This document shows positions 1 to 10,937 of a stretch of 50,453 nt of DNA, in pieces (positions within the stretch are counted from its first letter, which is position 1; each line of letters starts with the position of its first letter). The DNA lies in assembly GCA_900088475.1 (NCBI GenBank), contig FLMG01000572.1, positions 1 through 50,453 on the forward strand, written 5' to 3'. The notes beneath the pieces are model-generated. The model was not told the origin of the DNA. It did not search any database and saw nothing but the letters and a program-made list of their open reading frames with translations. Source of the stretch: Hyphochytrium catenoides (Eukaryota; Protista; Hyphochytriomycota). The position numbers and the translations under genes are program-made.

Positions 1-971
1 CCATATCATGCAGGCCTTCCTGCGGCCTCGTCATCAGCCGCCGGCCGTGGATTCGGTGATGAGAGACTGCAAGAGGAGGACGAAGAGAGCTGCTGCTGCT
101 CCTCCAAGAAGACCAACTGTCCAAAACGTGAGTAGAATGATGAGAGAACGGCTAAAGTTCCTGCCAAATTTTAGAAAGCTTAGGACTGCTTAACGGTCAT
201 AATATATTAGGCTTATCGACAGTCTCTCCTGACTTAGTTCATTATCGGTAGGCTGTGACTAATTCGACATTCCAATATACCTATTCCCCTCTCCAAGGTG
301 TCGTATAATCACTAGGACTGTATAGGTCAACCGTTCGAAGGCAAGCCCTCTCCTTATTTTGTCGCAATTTCCCTTTATCCAATCATCCTTATTCTGGCTC
401 CTTGTTCTGGCTCCCTCTCTCCCTGTTCCCATCTGTCTCTCTGTTCTGTCTCTCTTCTGTTCTGTCTCTCAGTTAGGTCTCCCTCTTGCTGTTCTTCGCT
501 GGATGATCTGTCGTTTCTTAGAGCAGCCAGGGCTGATGAGCTGATGAGCACACTGACAAACAGGAGACATCAACCTTCTTATCCTCTGTCTCCCTCTGTA
601 GCAGGAACTTTAGCGTTCTCCTCTTCTTTCGCTCTTCTTCTCCTTTTTTTTCTCTCTCTCTCTCTCTCTCTCTCTCCCGGCTTCCCTCTTTCTCTCTCTG
701 TGTGTCTCTTTCTTTCTCTTCTTTCTCGCTCTGTCCTCTTTTTTTGGTCGATGATCTCAGGCGACAGTGATGGATCCTCTATCGACGAGCAAGGACAGCA
801 GCAACAACAAGTCCGAATGGAGAATGGCAGCATAACCTTCTCATGATGTCGCTGATCACTATTCGTTTTTCCAGTCAATCAACAACACCCCGGGCTTACC
901 CTAGCGTTGTGTCAATACCCCTGTTCGAATCCTGACTCACAGTGGAGGAGCGGGGCGGCAGAGTTGACAAG

Positions 972-1721
972 ATGACTATTATCAGAAGCGCTGTAGTACT
1001 AGTAGCGGCACTCCTGGGCATGCAGCATGCTGCTGGAGCAGAGGCAGCCCCCACAGTCCCACTCCTGGCAAATCAGTGCTCAGCGCATCGTTACGACACG
1101 AACTGCGAAGGATTTGACATTCGCAGGACGGTCAGAGCATCAGCTACAGACTGCTGTTTAGACTGTCAGCTCACACCAGGCTGTAGCTTATATACTTGGA
1201 GCGACGCAAACGGCGGGACTTGCTTCTTAAAGTCGGAATGTGGTCAGCCCACACTCTCGCTTAGGGCTGCTGCTATTTATACGGGATGGATGGACTGCAC
1301 CTTTAGACGTGATGTGGATCTTGTGGGCAACGATGTAGGAAACGTCAAGCGGACCAGAGCAGAGGATTGCTGTCCAGCTTGCGAAGAGAACAAAGATTGC
1401 ACTGCATGGACCTGGACTGACTTTGAGGGCGGCACCTGCTGGTTAAAGTCGAAGGGCGGTGCGGAGGTTCAGTCATGGGGCTCAATCTCTGGCACCTCCA
1501 CGAAGCGGCGCTGCTTACTATCTCAGGGTTGGGACTACGTAGGCAATGATATTGGCAGCGTATGGGAACCCGAGCCAGAGCGATGCTGTGATCATTGCAG
1601 GGCGAATCCTTCGTGCAAGGCTTTTTCATGGTCCCGCTTTGATGGAGGAGTCTGCTGGTTAAAGAGCGCTATTGGGGAGGTAGTGAGCAGTGAAGTCGTG
1701 GTCTCTGGTTATCCTCGCTAG
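972..1721 (+). CDS. Secreted 3x PAN/Apple-domain protein (CBEL-like PAN repeats), intronless, 249 aa
   Basis: ATG at 972 starts a hydrophobic signal peptide (MTIIRSAVVLVAALLGMQHAAGAE). Three repeats of D(Y/L)xGxD(I/V)...CCxxC...CxxxTW...GGxC(W/F)LKS follow; TAG ends at 1721. Confidence 0.9.
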   Translation: MTIIRSAVVLVAALLGMQHAAGAEAAPTVPLLANQCSAHRYDTNCEGFDIRRTVRASATDCCLDCQLTPGCSLYTWSDANGGTCFLKSECGQPTLSLRAAAIYTGWMDCTFRRDVDLVGNDVGNVKRTRAEDCCPACEENKDCTAWTWTDFEGGTCWLKSKGGAEVQSWGSISGTSTKRRCLLSQGWDYVGNDIGSVWEPEPERCCDHCRANPSCKAFSWSRFDGGVCWLKSAIGEVVSSEVVVSGYPR

Positions 1722-3642
1722 CGAGGAGCATGGTTTAAGTTGCTTTTGAACAATTGGAGACCTCACTCATAGGAGGTATCGTGATCATGCCCAGCCGAAG
1801 GGATAAAACTTCAAACCCCATAGTAGACCATTCATATGCCATCAGGTCTCAATGAGGAGAGATTGTTTATTATAAAAATAACCAACGCAGGGCATTAACA
1901 TCTATTAGTAGGTTCCATTGACCTTAGTTATATCTTCTCTCCATCATTGGTTGACATTCTTTTCTTCATCGTTGGTTGATAATAGTAGTGCAATAATGCT
2001 TTATAACTATTGCGCCTGTGCGCCTTCACCAGTTACGTTTGCGATGAGTTTGCCTGACACCTAACAGACCTTTGTACAATAAGTATATTTGGCATCTAGT
2101 TCTACTACTCGTCGAGCTGGTCTCTCACCTGATGAGTTTCTCCAGCAGGACCTCCTTTTTTGTTCCAGGGCTGAGCTTTTTCTATTAGTTCGCTCTCTCG
2201 TTCAGGGTGGTCAGTTGTCCTTACTACTATGTCGGCGGTCCCACCAGGAGCAAAGAAGGAGGTTCTGACCCGACAAGTAGAGAAGCATTCGGGGGAAGAA
2301 GTTCAAGTTTATTCTCCATTCTTTGTCTTGCAAGCAATTAGATTTCTTCTGCAGTGGGACCGCTTGAGAGCGAACCAGCCCCTCATTCTCCCATCATACA
2401 ATGGTTAGCATACAGTATTCACTCTAGATGGGGCAAAGAGCCTATTATGTCCGGAGTGACGGTGTTGCTGTTGGGATTAAGAGTTAGTAGCGACAAATCA
2501 GCGAATCAGCAGCAAGAAAACTGCCTGTTTCGGGCCCTTTCCGTTTGACAGTTGGACTAGGACGAGAGGAGGATGTTGCAATTGTGAGTCCGCCCCGGTC
2601 TTTCATTGCATCGTCATCGTGATCTTCATCTGAACTTGTTGTGCTGAAGAACGAGTGTAGTAGCAAGATCTCATATACGAAGAATTGCTAATTGCTAAGG
2701 CCTAATAACTTCTATTCAGGTGGAGAAGAGGACAAATCTTCTTCTGTGCACAGCTTTTGGCTACCTCCTTCGAAAACTGTCACTGAGTGGATACATTGAC
2801 AATCATCAAGGAAAGTAAAGTCTTTCTTAGCTGCCACGCCTTCTTTCCAAAAGGCCCTACATTGAACCGACTTGTTTGATCAGAGATAAGATGACATAAC
2901 CCGACCCGTCCTCCATCTTGGGCTTTCAAATTTTCCTTTCAAAGATATGGGCGGACTATTCCCATGCCATCGCACTCACCATGACTGCCTAGGAGTATAA
3001 AGTATGGATACTGCTGCAGTGTATTAAGTTAGGGGGCCAAAAGGGGGAGCGGGTGCTGGCTAAGAGAGCTGTCGCATCGCTCCAATTTATTGAACTGTAT
3101 CTTTCCCGCTTAGCAGCATAACGGACGGGCATAGCCTAACAGAAGGTGGCAAATAGCGACGATATTCGGACGATTTACTTTGGTAAGGTCTACGTTTCAT
3201 TCTGGCTCAATAAAGGCTTGCAGCTTACTAGTACGCAAGAAGAGCGTTAACCCTTCTTCCGTTGTAGACCAAACTACCTTACATAGAAAATGGTCTATAT
3301 TAGGAGGTTCGAAAGGGGTGGACAGTTGGGGGTATAGACAGAGATATAGGACAAACTTTAGGATGTCATTTCCAAACCTCCCATAATTGACGCATAAATA
3401 TTGTTGGCAGTCTATAATATCAGGGTTAATGCATTACAATATAACTAGGAAGGAAACTCCATGGTTTATGAGAGAATGCAAACATGATTTGTTCGCAAAT
3501 CATCAGCGATGATGCGGCTCTTGCTCGGTCGTGAGGATCTTCTCTCTTTTTTCTATCTTCCTCCTCCGTCTCCGTCTCTCTCTTTTCTCACCTTCTTTCC
3601 TGTCTCTCTCTTCGGCGCTTCCCTTCCCTCTCTCTCTCTCTC

Positions 3643-3672
3643 NNNNNNNNNNNNNNNNNNNNNNNNNNNNNN
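3643..3672. other. Assembly gap (30 N) inside a (CT)n microsatellite
   Basis: A run of N flanked by CT repeats on both sides. Confidence 0.99.
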
Positions 3673-3978
3673 CTCTCTCTCTCTCTCTCTCTCTGTCCTC
3701 CCTTTCTCTCTCTCTCTCTCCCTCACAAGTAGTCAAAATTATCTGTCTTTTCACCTTTTTCCTCTCGTCGTCACTTATCCTTTGCTATAAGGATGACCAT
3801 GGAGGAGGAGGGACATCAGAATGGCTCTCTCTTCAGTCTCTCCCCATGTGCCGAGTCCTCTTCTTCCCTCATAAGTGAATCTTCTCTTCTACAGGCGTCC
3901 ACGCCCCGGTCTGTTATTTTGTCCTGTAGCATTCTTTTATAGTCTAGAGGCCCGGACGCCAGCAAAGAGAAGAGCGCA

Positions 3979-5916
3979 ATGAAGGTCACAGCCATTCTTG
4001 TCGCGGCTGTCCTAGCGCTGCATCAGGCGGCAGGCGCAGAAGTTCAGGGTCAAGAAGGCAAAATTATCAATGGCGTGGAAGCGCCACCCTTCAAATACAC
4101 CAGCTGGATGCTTGGCTTGTTCACAACTTCACGCACCCTGCCCATCTGTGGAGCATCCTACATTGGCAAGAATTTGGTGCTTACTGCAGCACGTACGTAC
4201 ATCCTCTCTCTTTTTCCCCGTCTTTCTGTCGTGGGTTTTCGAGTCCAGACCTGGTGCTGTCGGCTGAAGCGTCTCGTCCCCCTTCTTGTCTTGTCATCGT
4301 CTTCGCACTCTTTTCTAGCTGTAGCTTCAAAGCATGTACTAACAGGGTTCTTTCTCTTGTAGATTGCGTCGCTGGCTGGACCGATCTCAGCAGATATAAC
4401 CTGCAGGCATATCGCCACGATATCTACAATACTACGGAGCCCGCCGTGGTTCTTCAGGTGGCCGGCGTCACCAAGCATAAAGACTTTGTGAATGTAAAGG
4501 GTGGAGATGATATTGCTATTATTCGCGTCACCGGGGGCCACGATCTGCCTGAGTACCCCGAACTAGATGACGGAAGCTGGTCCTCTGAAGATCTGCCCCG
4601 GAAGTTCAAGATCGTTGGGTAAGGAGGGGACGCTCTATATTAGTCCAACGCATCCCTGGTAACACCACTCTGTCCTCAGGTGGGGAAACACAGAACAAGG
4701 GACGCAGAGCAACAAGCTGAAGGAGGCTGATGTGGGGTTGACGGCTCAAGCCACGTGCCAACAGCTGTACCCCCGGGAGAAGATCGATCAGACCATGATC
4801 TGCGCTAAAGAAAACAATATTGACACTTGTCAGGGAGACTCAGGTATCAACAACGGCAGATGTAATAGGAAAATATATTAGGGCGGGCGGAAGGAGAATC
4901 ATTGAGAAAAGAATCTAGAAAGAAGGACAGGAGAGACACTGATGTTTGTTCCCGGAAGAATGAGCTTCTGACAATATTGATTGTGCGCAGGTGGACCTCT
5001 TTTTGTCCACAGGGAAGGGAAGGCGCCTTTACTTGTCGGCCTCACTTCTTGGGGCTATGGATGTGCTCAGGCCGAGCCTGGCGTGTACGCTAGAATCTCG
5101 GCGCTGCGAAGTTTTATCGATGAGACTTTAGGCTGTCCTGCGGGCACTACCTTCAATAAGGGAGGGTGCGTTTCTTCTGGCCCTTCTGTACCTCCAACTC
5201 CAGCCCCTACCGCTGCTCCGACACCCGTTATGACGGGTACTCCCCCGCCACCAGTGCCTGCTCGGTGCACTACTCAGCAACTCAATGCTGATTACGAAGG
5301 CTTTGACATCGCTCGGACCAAGAGGGCATCAGCTACTGATTGTTGCAACGATTGTGAGAGCACTAATGGCTGCACGCTCTACGTCTGGACCGGCTGGGAA
5401 GGCGGGACATGCTTCTTGAAGTCTCAGGCAGGCCCATACAAATTCTCTCCTGGCGCCATCGCTGCCTCATATACAGGACAACTTCAGTGCACTTTCACTC
5501 CTGATGTGGACTTTGTTGGCAACGATGTTGGCAATGTCAGGCGCTACAGGGCAGAAGACTGCTGCACTGCCTGCGAGCAAAACAGAATGTGCGGGGCTTG
5601 GACCTGGACCAACTTTGAAGGTGGGACGTGCTGGCTAAAGTCCAAACAGGGTACCGAGGTCGTCGCGGCACCAGGTGCTGTCTCTGGAGCATCTACTAGG
5701 AAGCGCTGCGTCCTATCTCAGGGTTGGGACTACGTGGCTCATGACATTGGAAATGTTCTGGAGTCAGAGCCAGAGCGCTGCTGTGATCACTGCAGGGCAA
5801 ATCCTGATTGCTTTGCCTTCACTTGGAGTCGCTTTAACGGCGGGACGTGCTGGCTGAAAAGTGCCATTGGACAGGTGGTAAGCAGCCCGGATATGGTGTC
5901 TGGGCATGTAATGTAG
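3979..5916 (+). CDS. Secreted trypsin (S1A)-Pro/Thr linker-3xPAN/Apple protein, paralog A, 519 aa
   Basis: Exons 3979-4192, 4363-4618, 4680-4843, 4991-5916 (GT-AG, total 1560 nt, in frame). Signal peptide, activation site EGK|IING, LTAAHC, DDIAII, IDTCQGDSGGP (Asp189-type pocket), SWGYGCA, then three PAN repeats. Confidence 0.92.
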
Positions 5917-8652
5917 ACGAGGGTGCTTAGTCCGTCAAAGAGGAAAGATTCGAGCCTCTTGTCAGGAGCATGCATCGGTTGTCATTCTTTGCAAAAAGAT
6001 ACAAGTCGTCAATGATTGTCACCAGTGGTAGTAATTAAACTCTTCTAGAAGCTGGATGAGGAGATAGATATATTTTATAAAAGAGAATAAGGCAGTCCGA
6101 TTGTCAAATTATTGAACAAGAAATGTCTTTCGTTCTCAAATGGCGACATCATACAGATTCAAGGGTGCCTGGGAGTGTGCTGCCCCAAGCTAATGGAGAC
6201 AGAAAGTCTGTAGCCTACCACATTTCTCCTCGTCGATGGTACTGGCGCTTCCCAGAGGTTACACCGCCACGATAAGCAGGAATACTGACTCAACAGCGTT
6301 AACTGCCCTCTCAGGGGTAACTCTATCTATGCAAGTCAACCACGGAGCGCTAGCGTTTGTTCTGTTTTCTTGACCTACATCCTCCGCCCGTCATGATCGG
6401 ACACTAGCAAGTAAACTTCTCCCATGGCTAACGTACTATAGGCAGCTAAAAACAACAGGAGAAGAGAGACGAAGAAGGCACCGTATCCCTTCAATCCTAA
6501 TCGATATAAGCCCGCGCTCTTGTCTTTCAGGTATTATGACCTTCCTAGTAGCATTCCCTTCTTCTCAAACGGCGATGACGGGTTAGAGTTAGTGTATTGA
6601 ATACACAGACATCCTTCTTCTTGAAGAAGGCATTCCCTACACCTACCTACCCTATTGAGTTCGTTTTGGCTGACCATCTCAGTCAGACCTGAGGACAGGA
6701 TTGTTTGTTGAAGGTTGACCCTCCCCTCCCAAGCGGAGCAGCTCATCTTACACGATGCGGTCGTCTGCAGACGAGGTGCCAACTCTGGCGCCCGACACTG
6801 GGATTTGCCTTGCCGAACGAACTCTAGCTCAAGAAGGAGCCTGACCCATCCAACGATGAGAAACAATTCTAAAAAGATCCTTTCCTAGACCGTATAACTC
6901 CCAGAGGCAAGGCCAAAATGGAAGAGAGGCAAGAACGCTATGCTGACAACAGGTGGTACCATTAGTATTACATCTCAACCTCTCGGCTTTATGACCATCT
7001 AGACGGTAGGAGTGACATGCATTCCCCAAAGACAACCCCAACCATGCGCCTCTAGTGACACGAAGGTCTTGGGATCTTGAGGGGTTGTGGCTCAGCAAGC
7101 TTGCTTTAGTGACCCACCTGATGATTGTTGTTCATCTCTCGATCGTACACTGTCGTTCCTCTCGCTCGTGGCTGCGGTTGCTATAGTTCTAGCATAGAAC
7201 GTTCTTCTCTCCCTCTCTCTCAAACCTCCTTCGAAGCTGGACTAACTACCTTACGAGGATTATTCTGGACAGCAGTTCTCTGCCTTTGAATCTTTTTGGG
7301 TTATTCTGTGTCTTCCTCTCTGACAATCAATCAGTCTTGAGGAACCTCCCATCAATGATTTCTGTCTTCCTGCTGTTGTTTGTCGTGAGCTCGCTTATTA
7401 TCTCCCTTACGTGGTAGCACCACACCCTACCATCATCACTCTTCTTTCCGCTCTTCTTTTCTTCAGTATAAAGCAGGGGCCAGTCCCTCTTCCTCGTCCA
7501 TCAAGGGTGGGTGGCAGTAACGACATGATAACAAGAGGACGACATTGGTAGAGCAGAAGACAGAAGACCAACCCATCCACCATCTTTCACTATCAAATTG
7601 TTTCCTTCTCCTTCCTATGCAGACAAGACTCTCACTCTCTGACCATCATCATCCCTTCATCGTGCTGCATCCTCATCGTGGATGATCATCATCGCTCACC
7701 AGCCGCAGCAGACAGGGGCTCAGAGGGAGCGAGGGAGCAGCCTGAGCTGAAGGAAGGAAGCAGGATCACTGTCTCATTGCTCCATCTGAACTGTATCTCT
7801 CCTCTCCTCCACATTATCAAACGGGAAAATTAGACCCTTCTTTCTAATTTTACTACAAGAATTACGACAAAAACAGAAGGGCCAGACCTGATAATCGTAC
7901 TATAACATACACTCGTCTCATTAAGAATGGGTTTGTATAGTAATTAAGAAACCATTAGGCTTGGGGATTTGAAACATTAGAGGACCGATGGATCTGATAT
8001 TTGTTACCTTTTGGCTTGGAAGAAGGGGGGCGGACAGTGGGGACATAGAAATAAAACCCTACAAATATATTTGGATGTCCTTTGGATACGCAACCCTAGA
8101 TTATCGCAATAACTCTTCAGCAGCTAGATAGACAATAGAATCATAGTCACATTATAACTGCCTGGCATGTTTGCCGCTTTATAGGCTCATAGGTGTCCAA
8201 GCGTATTCGCAAATCATGGCGAATGATGGTTGCTGTCTGCTTTGTTTGTCGCGTGCCCGGCAAGTGAATGTCTTGGTCCTTCCTCTCTCTCTCCATGATT
8301 CTGTCTCTCTGGTCGTCTCGTTCTGTCAGCTTGGACCCTCGTCTCCTTCATTCGCTCTGCCTTGCCTGTCTTCCTCGCGTCAGCGTTCCTCTTCTTCTTC
8401 CTCCTCGGTCGTTTCGGCAAGGTCTCTGATGTCTCTCATCTCTCATCATCATAATGGATAACATGATGGATAATGTGAAGGCCAGAACTTCACGAGGATC
8501 CTCCCAAACTGAAGCAGGCTGCGCATACTCACAACTCAATCTTCTCCTTTGCAGGCATCCGAATCCTGCCCTGCCGCCGGTTAAGTTCTTCCTCTTTTAA
8601 GTTCTTCCTCTTTGTGTAAGTGTCCTTTTCAGGGGCTGACGGAAAGAGGAAA

Positions 8653-10937
8653 ATGAAGATCAGAGCCATTCTCTTCGCCGCCGTCCTAGCGCTGCATCAG
8701 GCGGTAGGCGCAGAAGTGCAGGGTGATGAAGGGAAAATCATCAATGGTGTGGAGGCTCCACCCTTCAAGTATACTGGCTGGATGTTGGGCATGTTTGCCA
8801 GAGGTCGCGCACTGCCTATCTGTGGAGCTTCCTACATTGGCAAGAATGTGGTGCTTACCGCGGCCCGTAAGTGCAGTCGCCATTCCTTGCCACCGTAAAC
8901 CTTTGATATTATTGTGAGGAGCCTGGTGTACTGCCTCTCCAATTCCTTCCTACCAAATCTTACTCCATACAAATGTTGTTCTGGTACCAAGCTCGCATGC
9001 AGCGCCGCGACCTTCTAACCAAATCTCTCCGGCTTCTTCTTAGACTGCGTCGCTGGCTGGACAGAGCTTAGCAAATATAGCCTGCAAGCATATCGCCACG
9101 ATGTCTACAACGACACAGAGCCTGCAGTGGTTCTTCGGGTGACAGGAGTTACCAAGCACAAGGACTATGTGAGTGTGGAGCAGGGAGACGACATTGCCAT
9201 TATTCGTGTTAGTGGTGGCCATGATTTGGACCAATATCCGGAATTCGACGATGGAAGCTGGTCATCCGAAGACCAGCCTCGGACCTTCAGAATCATCGGG
9301 TAACCAATATGCCCTACTCCTGCCAGTGTCCTCTGCTATTAATGCCGTCGTCTCTGGTGCTCTTGGTCTCGGAGTTGTCCTTCCACTTTATCCTGACTAA
9401 CAACCTTGCCTTTCTAGGTGGGGAGTTACGGAACAAGGCCAACAGAGTAACAAGCTGAAGCAGGCAGACGTAGGATTGACCCCTCAGGCAACGTGCCAGC
9501 AGCTTTACCCTGCCAACAACATTGATAAGACCATGATCTGCGCTAAGGGAGAGAATATTGACACTTGCCAGGGAGACTCAGGTAAAACAGCCAGCTAAAA
9601 AGAGGCTAGGATGGCAAGGAAGGGCTAGTAGGACATCGATTATCTTTTTGCTTCCTGTCGACCACCAAAGAGCTCACGTTTTTCATGTCTCGACAGGTGG
9701 ACCTCTCTTTGTTAATAGGGAAGGAAGTTCCCCACTGCTGGTCGGCCTCACCTCTTGGGGGGAGGGATGCGCCCAAGCCCAGCCTGGAGTATACGCTAGA
9801 ATCTCGACCCTTCGAAGCTTCATCGATGAAACTCTGGGCTGCTCCCCAGGCACCACCTTTAATGGTGGAGCCTGTGTACCTACACCAACTCCGACCGGAC
9901 TTCCTACGGCGGCGCCTACTGCTGCTCCCACTGTAGCTCCTACTCCTGAAGCCCCAACAGCAGCACCGACAGTAGCTCCTACTCCTGACATCCCAACTGT
10001 CGCACCAACCGCGGCGCCTACTACTGCACCTACCGTGGCCCCTACACCAGAAACTCCCACTACCGCACCAACCACGGCACCCACCACCGCACCCACTACC
10101 GCACCTACCGTAGCCCCTACACCAGAAACTCCCACTACCGCACCAACCACGGCACCCACTACCGCACCTACCGTAGCTCCTACCCCAGAAGTTCCAACTG
10201 CCGCACCCACACATATCCCAACCGTGGCGCCTACCGTTGCACCAACACCCATTATCACGGAGGCTCCTACTCCAGCTCCTTCTCAATGCACGGTTCAGCA
10301 GCTAAATGCTGATTACGAGGGGTACAACATCGCCCAGACCAAGAGGTCGTCAGCTGCTGAATGTTGCGCGGACTGCGAGACCACCCATGGTTGTACTCTC
10401 TACGTCTGGACCGGCTGGCAAGGCGGGACGTGCTTCTTGAAGGCCCAGGCTGGTCCATACAAATTTACTCCTGGGGCTATTGCCGCATCATATACTGGAC
10501 GATTCCAATGCAGTTTCACCTCGAATGTAGACTTTGTGGGCAATGATATCGGCAATGTCAGGCGCTACAGGGCAGAAGACTGCTGCACTGCCTGCGAGCA
10601 GAATAGACAATGCGGAGCCTGGACGTGGACCAACTATGAGGGTGGGACGTGCTGGCTAAAGTCCAAGCAGGGTACCGAGGTTGTCCCTGCATCAGGTGCT
10701 GTCTCTGGAGTCTCAACCAGGAAGCGCTGCATGTTATCTCAGGGATGGGACTACGTAGCTCATGACATTGCAAATGTCCTGGAGTCAGAGCCAGAGCGCT
10801 GCTGTGATCACTGCAGGACTAATCCAGACTGCATGGCCTTTTCCTGGAATCGCTTCAACGGCGGAACGTGCTGGCTGAAAGGCGCCATTGGACAGGTGGT
10901 AAGCAATCCGGATGTGGTCTCTGGCTATCCGCAGTAA
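8653..10937 (+). CDS. Secreted trypsin-long mucin-like linker-3xPAN/Apple protein, paralog B, 624 aa
   Basis: Exons 8653-8866, 9044-9299, 9418-9581, 9697-10937 (1875 nt, in frame). EGK|IING, LTAAHC, DDIAII, IDTCQGDSGGP, a 137-aa TAP/PT linker and three PAN repeats. Confidence 0.92.
9876..10286 (+). repeat. Coding tandem repeat (TAAP/TVAP/TTAP/TPE) forming a mucin-like linker
   Basis: 12-nt units such as ACCACCGCACCC, plus higher-order duplications of CCTACCGTRGCCCCTACACCAGAAACTCCCACTACCGCACCAACCACGGCACCCAC near 10029 and 10104. Confidence 0.9.

Noticed and set aside
923-932. GTTCGAATCC tRNA B-box-like motif
   Set aside because: There is no cloverleaf or A-box, and it lies in the 5' leader of the PAN gene.
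4193-4362. ORF track shows TAAR instead of TAAH, suggesting inactive protease homologs
   Set aside because: A phase-1 intron splits the His codon (C|AT or C|AC) in all three genes, so the spliced products have intact triads.
8581-8613. 16-bp tandem duplication TTAAGTTCTTCCTCTT in the leader of paralog B
   Set aside because: A simple slippage duplication with no sign of function.
9606-10286. Long antisense ORFs (226 aa and 191 aa)
   Set aside because: They are shadows of the stop-poor Pro/Thr repeat of paralog B.
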